Of a stretch of DNA of 64,000 nucleotides, positions 49,201 through 56,498 are shown piece after piece. The stretch spans positions 17,112,001 through 17,176,000 of the forward strand of contig NC_047027.1 of NCBI RefSeq assembly GCF_902652985.1, given 5' to 3'. Position numbers and translations under genes: made by a program. Position 1 is the stretch's first letter, and each line of letters starts with the position of its first letter. The notes below the pieces were generated by a model. The model did not search any database, was not told where the DNA came from, and was given only the letters and a program-made list of their open reading frames with translations. The DNA comes from Pecten maximus. Taxonomy: Eukaryota.

Positions 49201-51101
49201 AGTTGGAGGGCGAGTGTGATAAGTTGATGATTGACAAGTTTGGTTGTATCGTGGACCTGGAGAAACTAGAGACCATCACTGTTAACCGACAGATCGAGGA
49301 ACTGAAGGAGAAGCTACGAATTACAGAGATACAGTGTTCTGAGGAGCTCGAGGAATGGAACGTAAGTATATCTCACTATTCTTAAAATAAGAGGTGGTTT
49401 AAATGTAGGATAAAAAAACAGCATTTGAAAGAACTTTGATTGAACTGCAATAGGCATGGCTGGGTGTAATATCAAACATGGGGTTCTTGCTGAATGAATG
49501 TTGCATTCAAAAAATGTGTACTTGCTACTTTGTTGTAAAATGCATTTAAAAAGAATGATGAAATCGAGTTTCCTTTATATTATGAATTGAAAGAAATACA
49601 TGTTTTAGGTTTTAGACAAAACAGTTATTAAATTCTTTGAAAGACATGTAATGCTTTAGTAATTACATATTCTTCAAAAATACAGACAAATGCTTCATTT
49701 TGTTTTTGAGGTTATGACCCTAACCTTAAAAACTTAATGCTTTTAGCAAACATTTGTTAAATAATTCCCAATAAGTTTATTTTGTTTTTAACAGTAATTA
49801 TCAAATCTTCCAAAAACTAAGGGGAGGTAATTGTTACAGAATCCCAAAGTGTAAAATACATTGAGTATGTTATATGTATCATTAAACAGAGAAAATATTT
49901 AATGATTTTCATGAAAAATGTTTTTATCATCCTATTTGATTAAATTCAATTAAATTCAATGGGTTTAATGTCCGCTATTACGGCCTTGCGTCTCTTCAGC
50001 TGAGGAGTGTCTGCTATCATTGTATGATTGTTGTATGTTATTATAGGAGAAGATTGCAGAAAGGAAGGATAGAATCACCTACCTGATCAGGGACAACACC
50101 AGAAGATTAGACCAGCTGTGTGTTTTACTTAATGATAAAAAGGATTACGAGTCATCGCTGGATACCAGACAGGAGAGTTCTGTAAGTTTACCTACCAACT
50201 GGTAGTTCACATGTGGGCTTACTTCACACTACTCCACATTTTGTGTAGTTTGGATCATATAAGCGCCTTGGTTTTTACCAGGGTTTGGTTTGGATTTGTA
50301 TTAGTTAATGTTCTATCACAGCTATGGTCATTTAAAGATGGCCTCCCCTGTGTGCGAGATGCATGTGCGAATATGTAATAGTCATTTCTTACCAAAAAAG
50401 GCATATGGTGCGGATTACCTTCACCTTAAATATAATTATTGCCAAGAAGTCTTCAGAAAAGCATGAAGCATGATCTTGTGAACTTTTATAGTCTGCAAAA
50501 TATTAAAATAAAATTGAAAAAAAATTAAAGTCAGGAAATGAAATTCTCTGATATATATTGGGTTACTGTAAATATTTTCCTGTGACTGACATATTCTCTG
50601 ATATATATTGGGTTACTGTAAATATTTTCCTGTGACTGACATATTTTGACAATTGCATGGACCTTCTGGATTTGTTTTTAATGAATTTGCAAGATCCAGA
50701 TGTTGCAATTTGTGAAGGAATATTACTGTGTAGGGAGTATATTGGTAAATTTTAATTTTTGGCATTTTGTTTCCCGAATCTCCTTTATTGTGACATTAGG
50801 CCAATAATTAGTACAGTTGATGCAGGATTTCGAACTTTAACTCCATGTTTAAAACAAAATTAAAAAAAGAAGTTATCCAATTTTTCTTGTATTTTCTCAG
50901 GGTGAGGAGTATAGTGGTGCTCGGAAGGCAGACATTCGTGAGAAACAACGTCTGATTCAACTTGTCCAGCTGCAGGCCCAGGAAATTGATGCTCTAAAGG
51001 AAGAGATTATGTTATTGTCAAGGAAAGGTGGACACATTCTGCCTCCTGCTCAACCCCCGCTACCGCAAAGTCCGCAGAACGTTCGAGCAATCAGTAACTA
51101 G
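16207..51101 (+). CDS. CFAP44: Cilia- and flagella-associated protein 44 (WDR52), spliced gene with 35 coding exons, ~2450 aa (about 2130 aa without exon 2)
   Basis: Exon peptides match remembered CFAP44 motifs ([82 protein letters not shown], coiled-coil C-terminus ending [11 protein letters not shown]). All introns are GT-AG with matching phases; summed exon length is 7356 nt, divisible by 3, ending at TAG 51099-51101. Confidence 0.95.
18570..19529 (+). CDS. CFAP44: CFAP44 exon 2, 960-nt acidic low-complexity exon (possibly cassette or alternative first exon)
   Basis: Open frame from 18557 to beyond 19529; acceptor tttgtcactcgAG|, donor GAG|GTATTG; phase 1-1; purine-rich coding-like composition ends at the donor. 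Confidence 0.6.
23171..23275. mobile_element. Short degenerate MITE (hAT-like termini)
   Basis: TGGCGTAGCT ... AGCTACGCCACTG; no clear TSD. Confidence 0.4.
23759..24817 (+). CDS. CFAP44: CFAP44 exon 3, Glu/Lys/Ala/Pro/Gln tandem-repeat exon
   Basis: Acceptor tttgtttgttAG|, donor AAG|GTAAGT, phase 1-1, 1059 nt open. Confidence 0.85.
23812..24702 (+). repeat. Coding tandem repeats: 16 x 24 bp (QEAEKAPE) and 13 x 30 bp ([10 protein letters not shown])
   Basis: Read directly from the exon 3 translation; blocks 23812-24195 and 24313-24702. Confidence 0.95.
25159..25324 (+). CDS. CFAP44: CFAP44 exon 4 (EETQVEV...FFYELD...DMLSL)
   Basis: Acceptor taacAG|, U12-type donor |GTATCCTTT, phase 1-2. Confidence 0.9.
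25325..25749 (+). other. U12-type (minor spliceosome) GT-AG intron 4 of CFAP44
   Basis: 5' site GTATCCTTT; branch site TTTCCTTGAC at 25729-25738, ending 9 nt before the AG; splicing restores the frame (CA|A TAT TCT). Confidence 0.9.
25750..25912 (+). CDS. CFAP44: CFAP44 exon 5 ([13 protein letters not shown]...GVGALA)
   Basis: U12 branch site then ccctAG|; donor GCG|GTCAGT. Confidence 0.92.
26354..26900. mobile_element. Non-autonomous element with 163-bp terminal palindrome and offset inverted repeat
   Basis: Palindrome 26354-26516 centred on CCCGTTAGGG; TTATATTTACATT overlapping its end and AATGTAAATATAA at 26888-26900. Confidence 0.7.
26979..27118 (+). CDS. CFAP44: CFAP44 exon 6 ([14 protein letters not shown]...SYVDF)
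   Basis: tgttgtAG| ... AG|GTCAGT, phase 0-2; not in the ORF track. Confidence 0.92.
27493..27672 (+). CDS. CFAP44: CFAP44 exon 7 ([11 protein letters not shown]...TTHIR)
   Basis: tttcAG| ... AG|GTAAAT, phase 2-2. Confidence 0.92.
27637..27975 (+). repeat. 42-bp minisatellite (8 copies) made of the exon 7 end plus donor site
   Basis: Unit AGGTCAACTGACCACTGCCGGAACAACCCATATAAGGTAAAT at 27637, 27679, 27721 ... 27931. Confidence 0.95.
28101..28239. repeat. 46-bp tandem repeat x3, probably from a MITE terminus
   Basis: TAGTACCATATTTACCTCAAATAACCCCTCCCC.GTGTAAAAGTT; related reverse sequence near 37262-37320. Confidence 0.8.
28450..28729 (+). CDS. CFAP44: CFAP44 exon 8 ([15 protein letters not shown]...DGFIK)
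   Basis: tttttaAG| ... AAG|GTAATA. Confidence 0.93.
29299..29460 (+). CDS. CFAP44: CFAP44 exon 9 (VWDFESVD...FWYAQ)
   Basis: ctgtAG| ... CAG|GTGGGT, phase 0-0. Confidence 0.92.
29783..29930 (+). CDS. CFAP44: CFAP44 exon 10 ([13 protein letters not shown]...TTGQD)
   Basis: ccttctAG| ... C|GTAAGT. Confidence 0.92.
30231..30325 (+). CDS. CFAP44: CFAP44 exon 11 (TVRVFDY...WAPQV)
   Basis: taacAG| ... GTT|GTGAGT. Confidence 0.9.
30524..30724 (+). CDS. CFAP44: CFAP44 exon 12 ([12 protein letters not shown]...ILATG)
   Basis: ttgtAG| ... GGG|GTAAAC. Confidence 0.9.
31216..31326 (+). CDS. CFAP44: CFAP44 exon 13 (GEDGTVFF...WSPESK)
   Basis: tttccAG| ... AAG|GTACGC. Confidence 0.88.
31432..31618 (+). 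mobile_element. Short degenerate HINE
   Basis: TTTATGCC...GGGGGCATATAG 5' module, 3' GGGAGCAT plus hairpin ATGTCTGACAGACAT and CTAGTT end. Confidence 0.65.
32010..32168 (+). CDS. CFAP44: CFAP44 exon 14 ([11 protein letters not shown]...FKSVKSTLR)
   Basis: aaacAG| ... AGG|GTGAGT. Confidence 0.88.
33101..33224 (+). CDS. CFAP44: CFAP44 exon 15 (HEEELERKK...GDEG)
   Basis: tctcAG| ... GAG|GTCTGT. Confidence 0.88.
33536..33642 (+). CDS. CFAP44: CFAP44 exon 16 (EEKQPEEEW...FWLSM)
   Basis: tttcAG| ... ATG|GTACAA. Confidence 0.88.
34080..34303 (+). repeat. 42-bp minisatellite (3 copies) plus 61-bp duplication of the exon 17 acceptor
   Basis: CTGATTGTCCTGTGTATTATTT occurs four times; ACAG|GGTGATTTCGATGCTGGTTACCTGTACAAGTGTAA occurs twice. 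Confidence 0.95.
34269..34417 (+). CDS. CFAP44: CFAP44 exon 17 ([11 protein letters not shown]...IIKF)
   Basis: Second of two identical acceptors (tttacAG|) keeps the frame; donor CAG|GTAGGT. Confidence 0.88.
34620..36503 (+). mobile_element. HINE/non-autonomous Helentron-type element with internal ~161-bp satellite array (~10 copies)
   Basis: T-rich start, subterminal IR GGTCATCTGAC / GTCAGATGACC, 5' hairpin, (CCGT/GTGC)-type microsatellite, 160-161-bp tandem units 34741-36400, 3' hairpin AGGCCCATGGGCCT followed by T-rich flank. Confidence 0.88.
36764..37040 (+). CDS. CFAP44: CFAP44 exon 18 (SNGRQVLMG...KIPSAR)
   Basis: tttcAG| ... AGG|GTGAGT. Confidence 0.92.
37459..37508 (+). CDS. CFAP44: CFAP44 exon 19 ([16 protein letters not shown])
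   Basis: ttacAG| ... CAG|GTAGAG; DIDDPNAYS motif. Confidence 0.88.
37710..37902. mobile_element. MITE / foldback element
   Basis: Imperfect TIR CTGAGTTTCATCAATATTCCTTAACTTAAG / CTTAAGTTAAGTAATGTTGATGAACTCAG. Confidence 0.7.
37977..38139 (+). CDS. CFAP44: CFAP44 exon 20 ([11 protein letters not shown]...QLRKD)
   Basis: ctttAG| ... GAT|GTAAGT. Confidence 0.9.
38550..38680 (+). CDS. CFAP44: CFAP44 exon 21 (EFEMDREI...AWESEKH...KIRK)
   Basis: tttccAG| ... GAG|GTGAGA. Confidence 0.9.
39167..39405 (+). mobile_element. 5'-truncated tRNA-derived V-domain SINE
   Basis: B box GGTTTGATTCCC, core GGGTTTTCTCTGTGGATTCTGGTTTCCTCTCACA; flanking 12-bp direct repeat TGGCAATTCATA; its 3' part recurs at about 46307-46362. 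Confidence 0.75.
39523..39713 (+). CDS. CFAP44: CFAP44 exon 22 (FKDVVECE...RDLMT)
   Basis: tttgcAG| ... CAG|GTAGGA. Confidence 0.88.
40404..40567 (+). CDS. CFAP44: CFAP44 exon 23 (QTRHTDV...RAARKAQ)
   Basis: tttacAG| ... CAG|GTAGGT. Confidence 0.88.
40568..40829 (+). repeat. 36-bp minisatellite (about 7 copies) starting at the exon 23 donor
   Basis: GTCAAGGTCAGTTCTAAATGTAA at 40641, 40677, 40713 ... Confidence 0.9.
41043..41231 (+). CDS. CFAP44: CFAP44 exon 24 ([16 protein letters not shown]...[11 protein letters not shown]...KDI)
   Basis: ttgtAG| ... ATT|GTGAGT. Confidence 0.92.
41730..41931 (+). mobile_element. tRNA-derived SINE with V-domain-like core
   Basis: A box TGGCCGAGTGG, B box GAGTTCGAAACC, core GGTTTTTCTCCGGATACTCCGGCTTTCC, (TAACC)n tail continuing at 42205-42220. 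Confidence 0.85.
41934..42204. mobile_element. Tc1/mariner-type MITE
   Basis: Perfect 22-bp TIR CTGTAAATCACTTATATTTCGC, TA on both sides. Confidence 0.9.
42257..42441 (+). CDS. CFAP44: CFAP44 exon 25 (IHEQKYHFN...VETPE)
   Basis: ttccAG| ... AA|GTAAGT. Confidence 0.9.
42575..42990 (+). repeat. Degenerate tandem satellite remnant (about three ~130-145-bp units), probably an old HINE array
   Basis: Recurring CACTATTTCTCA, CCTAGATGT and GCAGCCAT motifs. Confidence 0.4.
43180..43306 (+). CDS. CFAP44: CFAP44 exon 26 (KLEYTRE...GGFGGFGG...DDKK)
   Basis: atacAG| ... AAG|GTCAGC. Confidence 0.88.
43657..43796 (+). CDS. CFAP44: CFAP44 exon 27 (GGRPSPTP...ELSPLE...EEI)
   Basis: tttacAG| ... AT|GTAAGT. 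Confidence 0.88.
44032..44160 (+). CDS. CFAP44: CFAP44 exon 28 (MLYNQD...[10 protein letters not shown]...ADL)
   Basis: atacAG| ... GAG|GTATTT. Confidence 0.9.
44458..45820 (+). repeat. 42-bp minisatellite (about 32 copies) ending at the exon 29 acceptor
   Basis: Unit TTGACTAACCTGTTGTTTACATTACTGACATTAGTTAGTATT; internal duplication with 450-bp offset. Confidence 0.95.
45827..45941 (+). CDS. CFAP44: CFAP44 exon 29 ([18 protein letters not shown]...MQHK)
   Basis: ctttcAG| ... AAG|GTATGT. Confidence 0.9.
46395..46578 (+). CDS. CFAP44: CFAP44 exon 30 (IIDVQAK...KVFKKKIKR...TTDE)
   Basis: ttccAG| ... AAG|GTTTGT. Confidence 0.9.
46639..46873. mobile_element. Foldback MITE with ~75-bp imperfect TIRs; right end tandemly duplicated at 46881-46923
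   Basis: TATCAAATGTCACCTTCTACACAAACA...TTCAAGACCGATTGGTC versus GACCAGTCGGTCTTGAA...TGTTTATGTAGAAGGTAACATTTGATA. Confidence 0.7.
47394..47692 (+). CDS. CFAP44: CFAP44 exon 31 (acidic tract, DICPSGCD...LEAFQ)
   Basis: tttgtAG| ... CAG|GTATGA. Confidence 0.92.
48394..48590 (+). CDS. CFAP44: CFAP44 exon 32 ([12 protein letters not shown]...KKHM)
   Basis: ttgtAG| ... GAG|GTAAGT. Confidence 0.92.
48634..48748. repeat. Short tandem repeat (CTGACTTTACTGACCA)n after a TA-CAGTGAAACCTG MITE-like end
   Basis: About six copies seen directly. Confidence 0.7.
49136..49361 (+). CDS. CFAP44: CFAP44 exon 33 (ESKRKH...[12 protein letters not shown]...EEWN)
   Basis: caacAG| ... AAC|GTAAGT. Confidence 0.92.
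50047..50181 (+). CDS. CFAP44: CFAP44 exon 34 (EKIAERK...LDTRQESS)
   Basis: ttatAG| ... TCT|GTAAGT. Confidence 0.9.
50281..50365 (-). mobile_element. SINE 3' end fragment
   Basis: Reverse complement AAATGACCATAGCTGTGATAGAACATTAA...(AAACC)n resembles the 3' end of the SINE at 41730. Confidence 0.5.
50543..50645. repeat. Perfect 50-bp tandem duplication
   Basis: ATTCTCTGATATATATTGGGTTACTGTAAATATTTTCCTGTGACTGACAT x2. Confidence 0.9.
50901..51101 (+). CDS. CFAP44: CFAP44 exon 35, last coding exon (GEEYSG...[11 protein letters not shown]...ISN*)
   Basis: tttctcAG|, stop TAG 51099-51101. Confidence 0.92.
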   Translation, partial: GEEYSGARKADIREKQRLIQLVQLQAQEIDALKEEIMLLSRKGGHILPPAQPPLPQSPQNVRAISN

Positions 51102-51243
51102 GCCTGGTTCTGATAATTGTGCTGTGTTACCTTGTTGGGGAAAAAAAACCAATTTAAGAAGAAGAATTATCACCTAAAATACTGAAATCAATGAATATTT
51201 TATGCACTTTGTTATGGATTTAGTAGCTAAACATAGGCAAGAA

Positions 51244-51780
51244 AATAAAAATTTTCTCTAGAAAATGGAATTTTTAATTAGAAAATAACCTGAAACAGTC
51301 AAAAGGACACAAATTCATTGTGATAATTAAATTACAGAAGTTTTATATTTGAGTAATATCTATTCAAGATTTTACTCTGGATGGAGCTTATTGACTGATT
51401 TTTCTTGTATCAAATCCGTCCCATTCTATGTTTTGGATTTATTTCTGAATCATACACACACATTCTGTTAATTAAATATATACTTACATTAAAGTAAACT
51501 CCAGTTAAGATTTAATAAATAATAGTCTTCACTGATTACACATATCACTGGCTTGGAAAGTTTCATTGAACTCATCTCATGTATGAAAGTCATTACCTTT
51601 GTGATAATACATATTATATGGAAAACGAAAGTTGAATTATTTTTAGCATTCCAATTTGACTGTGATATCTAGATTATGTACTGTTGGTACCATACATATA
51701 TGTTTCTTTTATGTATATGTCTATCACCTGCAGTTTATTTATGATATATTTTATGATTGTGCTTAAATATGTAAAATAAA
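51244..51780 (+). terminator. Candidate polyadenylation signals of CFAP44 (AATAAA at 51244, 51514, 51775)
   Basis: AATAAA hexamers in the AT-rich region after the stop; which is used cannot be determined. Confidence 0.35.
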
Positions 51781-51974
51781 GATGAAATATACTAGATTCA
51801 CTTTGCTGAGTATTGTTTGTTTCAATCCCAGGCAAAAATTTTGAAATATGTGGTTTGTTTCCTGCCTGGGCAGTTTTCACTTCTGAGGATGCTGGAGATT
51901 GTGTACTGTCTAGTTGCGTCTTTGTCCATGACACTTTACTTCAATTACTCTGGATAGAATATCACAAGCTAACT

Positions 51975-52073
51975 GTATAAATTTCAGTGAGGTAGTCACC
52001 AACTACTACAAGGAGACCACACTTCATAATAACTCTGGATGTCCATGGGGCGATTAACCCAGCAAACAAACAA
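51975..52073 (+). mobile_element. 3' fragment of the SINE family at 1019-1225
   Basis: Shared body motif and (AAAC)n tail. Confidence 0.6.
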
Positions 52074-52670
52074 TACAAATACATTTACACCTTGCTTTAA
52101 ATATTTTACGATGTGCAATTCCCAAAGATGTGTTTGGGTGAATTTGCAGAAATAGAGGACCATGTCGATAGGCAGATGTAAACACTTTCATGTAGCTCTC
52201 CAAAACTTTAATATCATACTCTCTGTGTGCAATCAGCAGGTTTCTGTTTTGTTTGGTCAGATATTTTGAAATTGGCATTTCATTAGTTAACCGTAAGGTG
52301 ATTAACTGAAAGAATGGACTCGGAAATGACAGACTGCAGTTATCTCCCTTTAGATGTACACAATTATTTTGAGGTCTAAAGTGTTTTCCTCTTAATGACC
52401 TTCGTGAGATACTAATAAGGTAGGAACCCCAGCAGAATTAACGAATTGTGGGACACAATTAAAGTGACCAAATTACATGTAAATGTTGACGGTAATGGAT
52501 GGTTGTCCTTCTGACAGATCAATGTGGCCGGTATGACCCCAACTAGACATTCAGTTTCATTGTTGATTTATCACATACGATACGACGCCAACATAACAAT
52601 AAAATGGATTTATTAAATACTAATATCACAAAGTATCTGCACAGCAAACAATAGGATATATTTTGTAAAT

Positions 52671-52922
52671 AATTCAATTCAATTCAATTCTTTTATTACT
52701 TTCGGCCGTATGGCCTATCAGTCACAAAAACATTGTACATGAAATACATAAATTACAGCATGGCGTATACAACAGAACATAACATATAGAGAATGAGACA
52801 TCATAACATCAATGATTGGTTTAGTGATTATTTCTTAATTTAGTAGCTTCATGTATATATATTCCTAGAGAACACAGTTCCTTTACATTTTGTACTCTGA
52901 ATAGCTGAATTAATTTAAAATT
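52671..52922 (-). mobile_element. 3' remnant of a non-LTR retrotransposon (LINE)
   Basis: - strand peptide FKLIQLFRVQNVKELCSLGIYIHEATKLRN resembles an ORF2 C-terminus (from memory; clade uncertain), then 3' UTR with hairpin GGCCATACGGCC, AATAAA and (GAATT)4 tail. Confidence 0.6.
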
Positions 52923-53109
52923 AATTGACACCACACCAAATCCACACTTACAATCTAAATTGACACTTGCATACGCGCTCATGCTGATACCCAACACTGG
53001 ACTCGGTGTACAAAGGAACAAAATGATTCCATTTGGGAAAGAGGAAACAGACAATCATGCAGATTAATGACGTCACAGACAAAAACTGAACATCAATAAC
53101 ACAATATGC

Positions 53110-53330
53110 TTCCTTAGACACAAAAGACAGAACAGATAAATGGACAAACAAACCGATAGAAATACATCGGACGCAACAGATGAGAAAGAGCTTTAGTCAA
53201 ATGGCAAACGTTCTGACAGTCAAAACGATACGGGTACCGCTCTGAGTGTCAACAACCACCAAGAGGCTTTCACAAGCTTCTTCCTTAGACATGCAACATG
53301 CAGACAGACGAATGGACAGACATGCAACGG
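53110..53330 (-). repeat. Isolated inverted monomer of the 58.7-62.9 kb satellite
   Basis: Near-identical reverse complement of the 176-bp monomer. Confidence 0.9.
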
Positions 53331-53510
53331 CGAAGAACGAACAAGCATTCAGACGAACAAATCAGACATCCGGGCCGAAAGGAAGTCTCAATGATATGCG
53401 TAGTATTTGAACGAAACATGTGTCGGGTATCATATATTTACATTATCACACGTTAATCAGGTTGTCCACGTCTACTTTCACACCGCCATATTGAGTAATT
53501 GTATCCAAGA

Positions 53511-53634
53511 ATCATCATCATCATCGTCATCGTCGTCGTCGTCGTCGTCATTGCCATCGTCGTCATTGCCATCGTCGTCATCATCGTCGTCATCGCCATC
53601 CTCGTCGTCGTCGTCATCATCATCATCATCATCA
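53511..53634. repeat. Compound (TCA/TCG)n trinucleotide microsatellite
   Basis: Seen directly. Confidence 0.95.
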
Positions 53635-54489
53635 AAAGCAATCTTCAAGAGGCCAGTCGATATAACACTGACAACATGTGTGACAGTTGTTTTACCAAAT
53701 CATCTGCTAGCCAAGTCATCGACCCTTACCAAAGAGGTTTGATGTTTACCAAGGTAAGTTCCGTGTAGTCCGTTCGTTGGAATTTGGTGGCGTGATTCTT
53801 CCAGTTACTTGTTGAGTTAAATAAGGAAACACTGTCGACTTATATGGACTACAAGAAATTAAGGCTTTGATCTATTTCCTCACTATCGTTTCATCAGTAA
53901 GACATGTCCACACAGCTTTTTCGCAGTCAAATAGAATCAGTAATTTCAAGGTCCCCTAGGTCGACAACATATATAGGGATACAGAGGAAACTGTGAATAG
54001 ATAGAATTCTGAGGGATAAGTTCCGGGATACAACACGGATCTGTCCTTGGTCCACTTCTTTTTTTCCGTTTTCATTAACAAGTTTCCATGCGTAGATTTT
54101 ATGTATCTCATTACAGGCGGAAATAAATTAAGTTTTCATAGTAATTTCATACTAATTACAATGGATGGAGGTGTATAACTACGGATCTATTACAATAACA
54201 CTTTGATAACATGTCCAAGTGGGGTAAGGATTGGCGGATATAAATACATGTCAGAAAGTCTAGATACTTGTCATGTAACTATTCCCGGTAATAGGTAAGA
54301 ACTGCTTACTGTGTAGATAAGTGAACAGATATTTGAGCTATGATAGCGACGTGTTTGTCATGCTGGGAAGAACCTTTGGATGTACGTGTGCACAGGGAAT
54401 GGACACTTTGTTACTGCCTAGGTGTATTTGGACATATCTTATTCACGGTGATTGACATTCGGCAAAATTGACACCTCTTGTTGTTCATT

Positions 54490-54858
54490 TAAGCAATAAA
54501 CAGTGGTTTCAATGTTGCTATCGTCAATATGGCAGCAAGATGGATGGTGGGCAAATGGCATGGGAACCCGTTAGGGTTTCCATGCTACATTTGCCCACCA
54601 TACATTTTGCTGCCATATCGACTATAAAAACAGTAAAACCACTGTTCAATACTTATATTTACATTGTCTTACCATTTTCGTCAACTTAAAAAAAATCTTT
54701 GAAAAAAAACATAATCCAACACAAACAATCCCGCCTTTTTTAATGTCACATGACCCACTGGGTGTTATAGCCTGAGGTACTGGGTGTTATAGGTGTATGG
54801 TGGCAACTGCCTCTTAGCATTGTGTCAATGGGGACATGCGGAGCAAATGTAAATATTA
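54490..54858. mobile_element. Second element with the same palindrome architecture
   Basis: Palindrome 54490-54655 centred on CCCGTTAGGG; TTATATTTACATT at 54653-54665 and AATGTAAATAT at 54846-54856. Confidence 0.65.
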
Positions 54859-54894
54859 CAGAATGATATTCTAAAGCCATAAGACATGAACATC

Positions 54895-55352
54895 TGTCTG
54901 TACACACTAAGATAGGTCCAAATACACCTTGACCGCAAGAAATTCCCAGTTCCCTGTGTTGGACACACTAGGTTAGATCCAAATACACAAGGACTGTCAC
55001 CAATTCTCGGGTCCCTGTGTAAGGCACAATATGAAAGGTCCAAATACATCTAGACCGTAACGAATTCTCAAGTCCCTGTATCGGACACACTATAGGCCCG
55101 TATACCCCGAGTTTCCTCCATGGCCCTGCCACCATGTACCATGTCTGGTGTAGGGGCCCTACACGGTATCAGGGCCAGAGGAAACTCGGGCTAAGGCCCC
55201 TTATATGATTGAACGAAATATACCTAGACCGTCACGAACTCTAAGTTCACACTAGGATATATCTTATACGCACAGATCGTCACGAATTCTCAGGTCCCTG
55301 TGTTAGACACATCAGGATTGATACCCAGACCATAAGGAATTCTTAGGTCCCC
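54895..55352. repeat. Degenerate ~55-60-bp tandem repeat, interrupted by the MITE at 55103
   Basis: Recurrent GGTCCAAATACA..AGACCG..ACGAATTCTC..GTCCCTGTG..ACACACTA. Confidence 0.7.
55103..55193. mobile_element. Tiny MITE (right end ...CTA, possibly Academ-like); related termini are tandemly repeated at 13076-13370
   Basis: CCCGAGTTTCCTC..GGCCCTG / CAGGGCCAGAGGAAACTCGGG inverted repeats. Confidence 0.55.
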
Positions 55353-56208
55353 GAGTATAAAGTAACAAGGAATGCTGTACTGTAAAGTGATCAACAAATA
55401 CAATGAAAGAGGTTATGCAGCACGGCTATTGAACATCCTTAGTGGGAGAGATATCCACCGCCAACCTAAATTGTTTAAAAGATAGGTGACTTTTTGGAAA
55501 CCCAAAACCAGGGTACGTTTGACAAAGCTTTGTATATATTGGATTATCTGCCGTGATTTTCTACTCTCCACTTGGGGTCGCTAAGTAAGGCGGATAAACC
55601 GGAAATACATCATTGTGATTATGACGTCATCTGTTGACATCACGTGTCATCTCTTATCAACGAGATTCACGACTTCGGTAACGATATGGCCTATTTCGCT
55701 CTCACATTTTCTTTACTTTCTCAAAGTTTTCCTTTGAAGAACTATTGTCACAGATACAGTCAACACGGTGAGTGACACGTGCAAGTGATATTCTGACAAA
55801 TTCGCTTTAAAACATTTTCAGAAATACTGTTTTTAAACGTTCTCTGAAAGTCCACGGGACAAGGAAGGAGGGGCTAGCGGTACATTACGGTGTAATCTTG
55901 TTACAAATATAACATCTGTGCGTATTTATCTGTTTAAAGAAAAACAACAGGACAATGTGTTGGTATTTATGATTAATTAAATCAAGAAATTAACGTTGGT
56001 TTATAATGAATCACAATCTTATGCAGCCTGTTTATTTTTTCTTAAGATTCACGAAGATTCAGCCTCAGTTACGCGCCAAGAAAAGACATTGGTGGCCACA
56101 TCGTCCAGTTGATCAAAACTTGGTTCGGTAATAATATGTGCTTTATTATTTTTTGTTCCATCCGACACAGGCGCCTTGACAAGTGTAACAGGAGAGGAGA
56201 AAATGTAG

Positions 56209-56280
56209 TGGCCAGACCGGGGTTCGAACCCGGGACCTCCGAACACTAGCCGGATGCTCTACCAATTGAGCTACATGGTC
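56209..56280 (-). ncRNA. tRNA-like cloverleaf (second copy) in the 3' LTR
   Basis: Same 72-nt sequence with three substitutions, one adding an acceptor-stem mismatch. Confidence 0.65.
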
Positions 56281-56426
56281 ACCGATGATCGACCCAGTCG
56301 TCCCGACTACACAACTCCCTCCTTTTTTCCAAGTCTTCGCCCTCGAAGACACACGAGACCCTTATACCACCACCGTGGGTATTTTAGTTGGGCGCCAATT
56401 TTGTAACAGGAGAGGAGAAAATGTAG

Positions 56427-56498
56427 CGGCCAGACCGGGGTTCGAACCCGGGACCTCCGAACACTAGCCGGATGCTCTACCATTTGAGCTACCTGGTC
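56427..56498 (-). ncRNA. tRNA-like cloverleaf (anticodon AGT, Thr-like) in the 5' LTR
   Basis: D arm GCTC/GAGC, anticodon stem TCCGG/TCGGA, T arm CCGGG-TTCGAAC-CCCGG, acceptor GACCAGG/TCTGGCC with one mismatch; intact A and B boxes. Confidence 0.7.

Noticed and set aside
53407-53768. Poly-Ser / poly-Met-Thr / poly-Ile-Val ORFs
   Set aside because: Translations of a trinucleotide microsatellite.
56209-56498. Two bona fide tRNA-Thr(AGT) genes
   Set aside because: Acceptor stems have mismatches, and both copies lie inside TG...CA LTRs with PBS, PPT and TSD.
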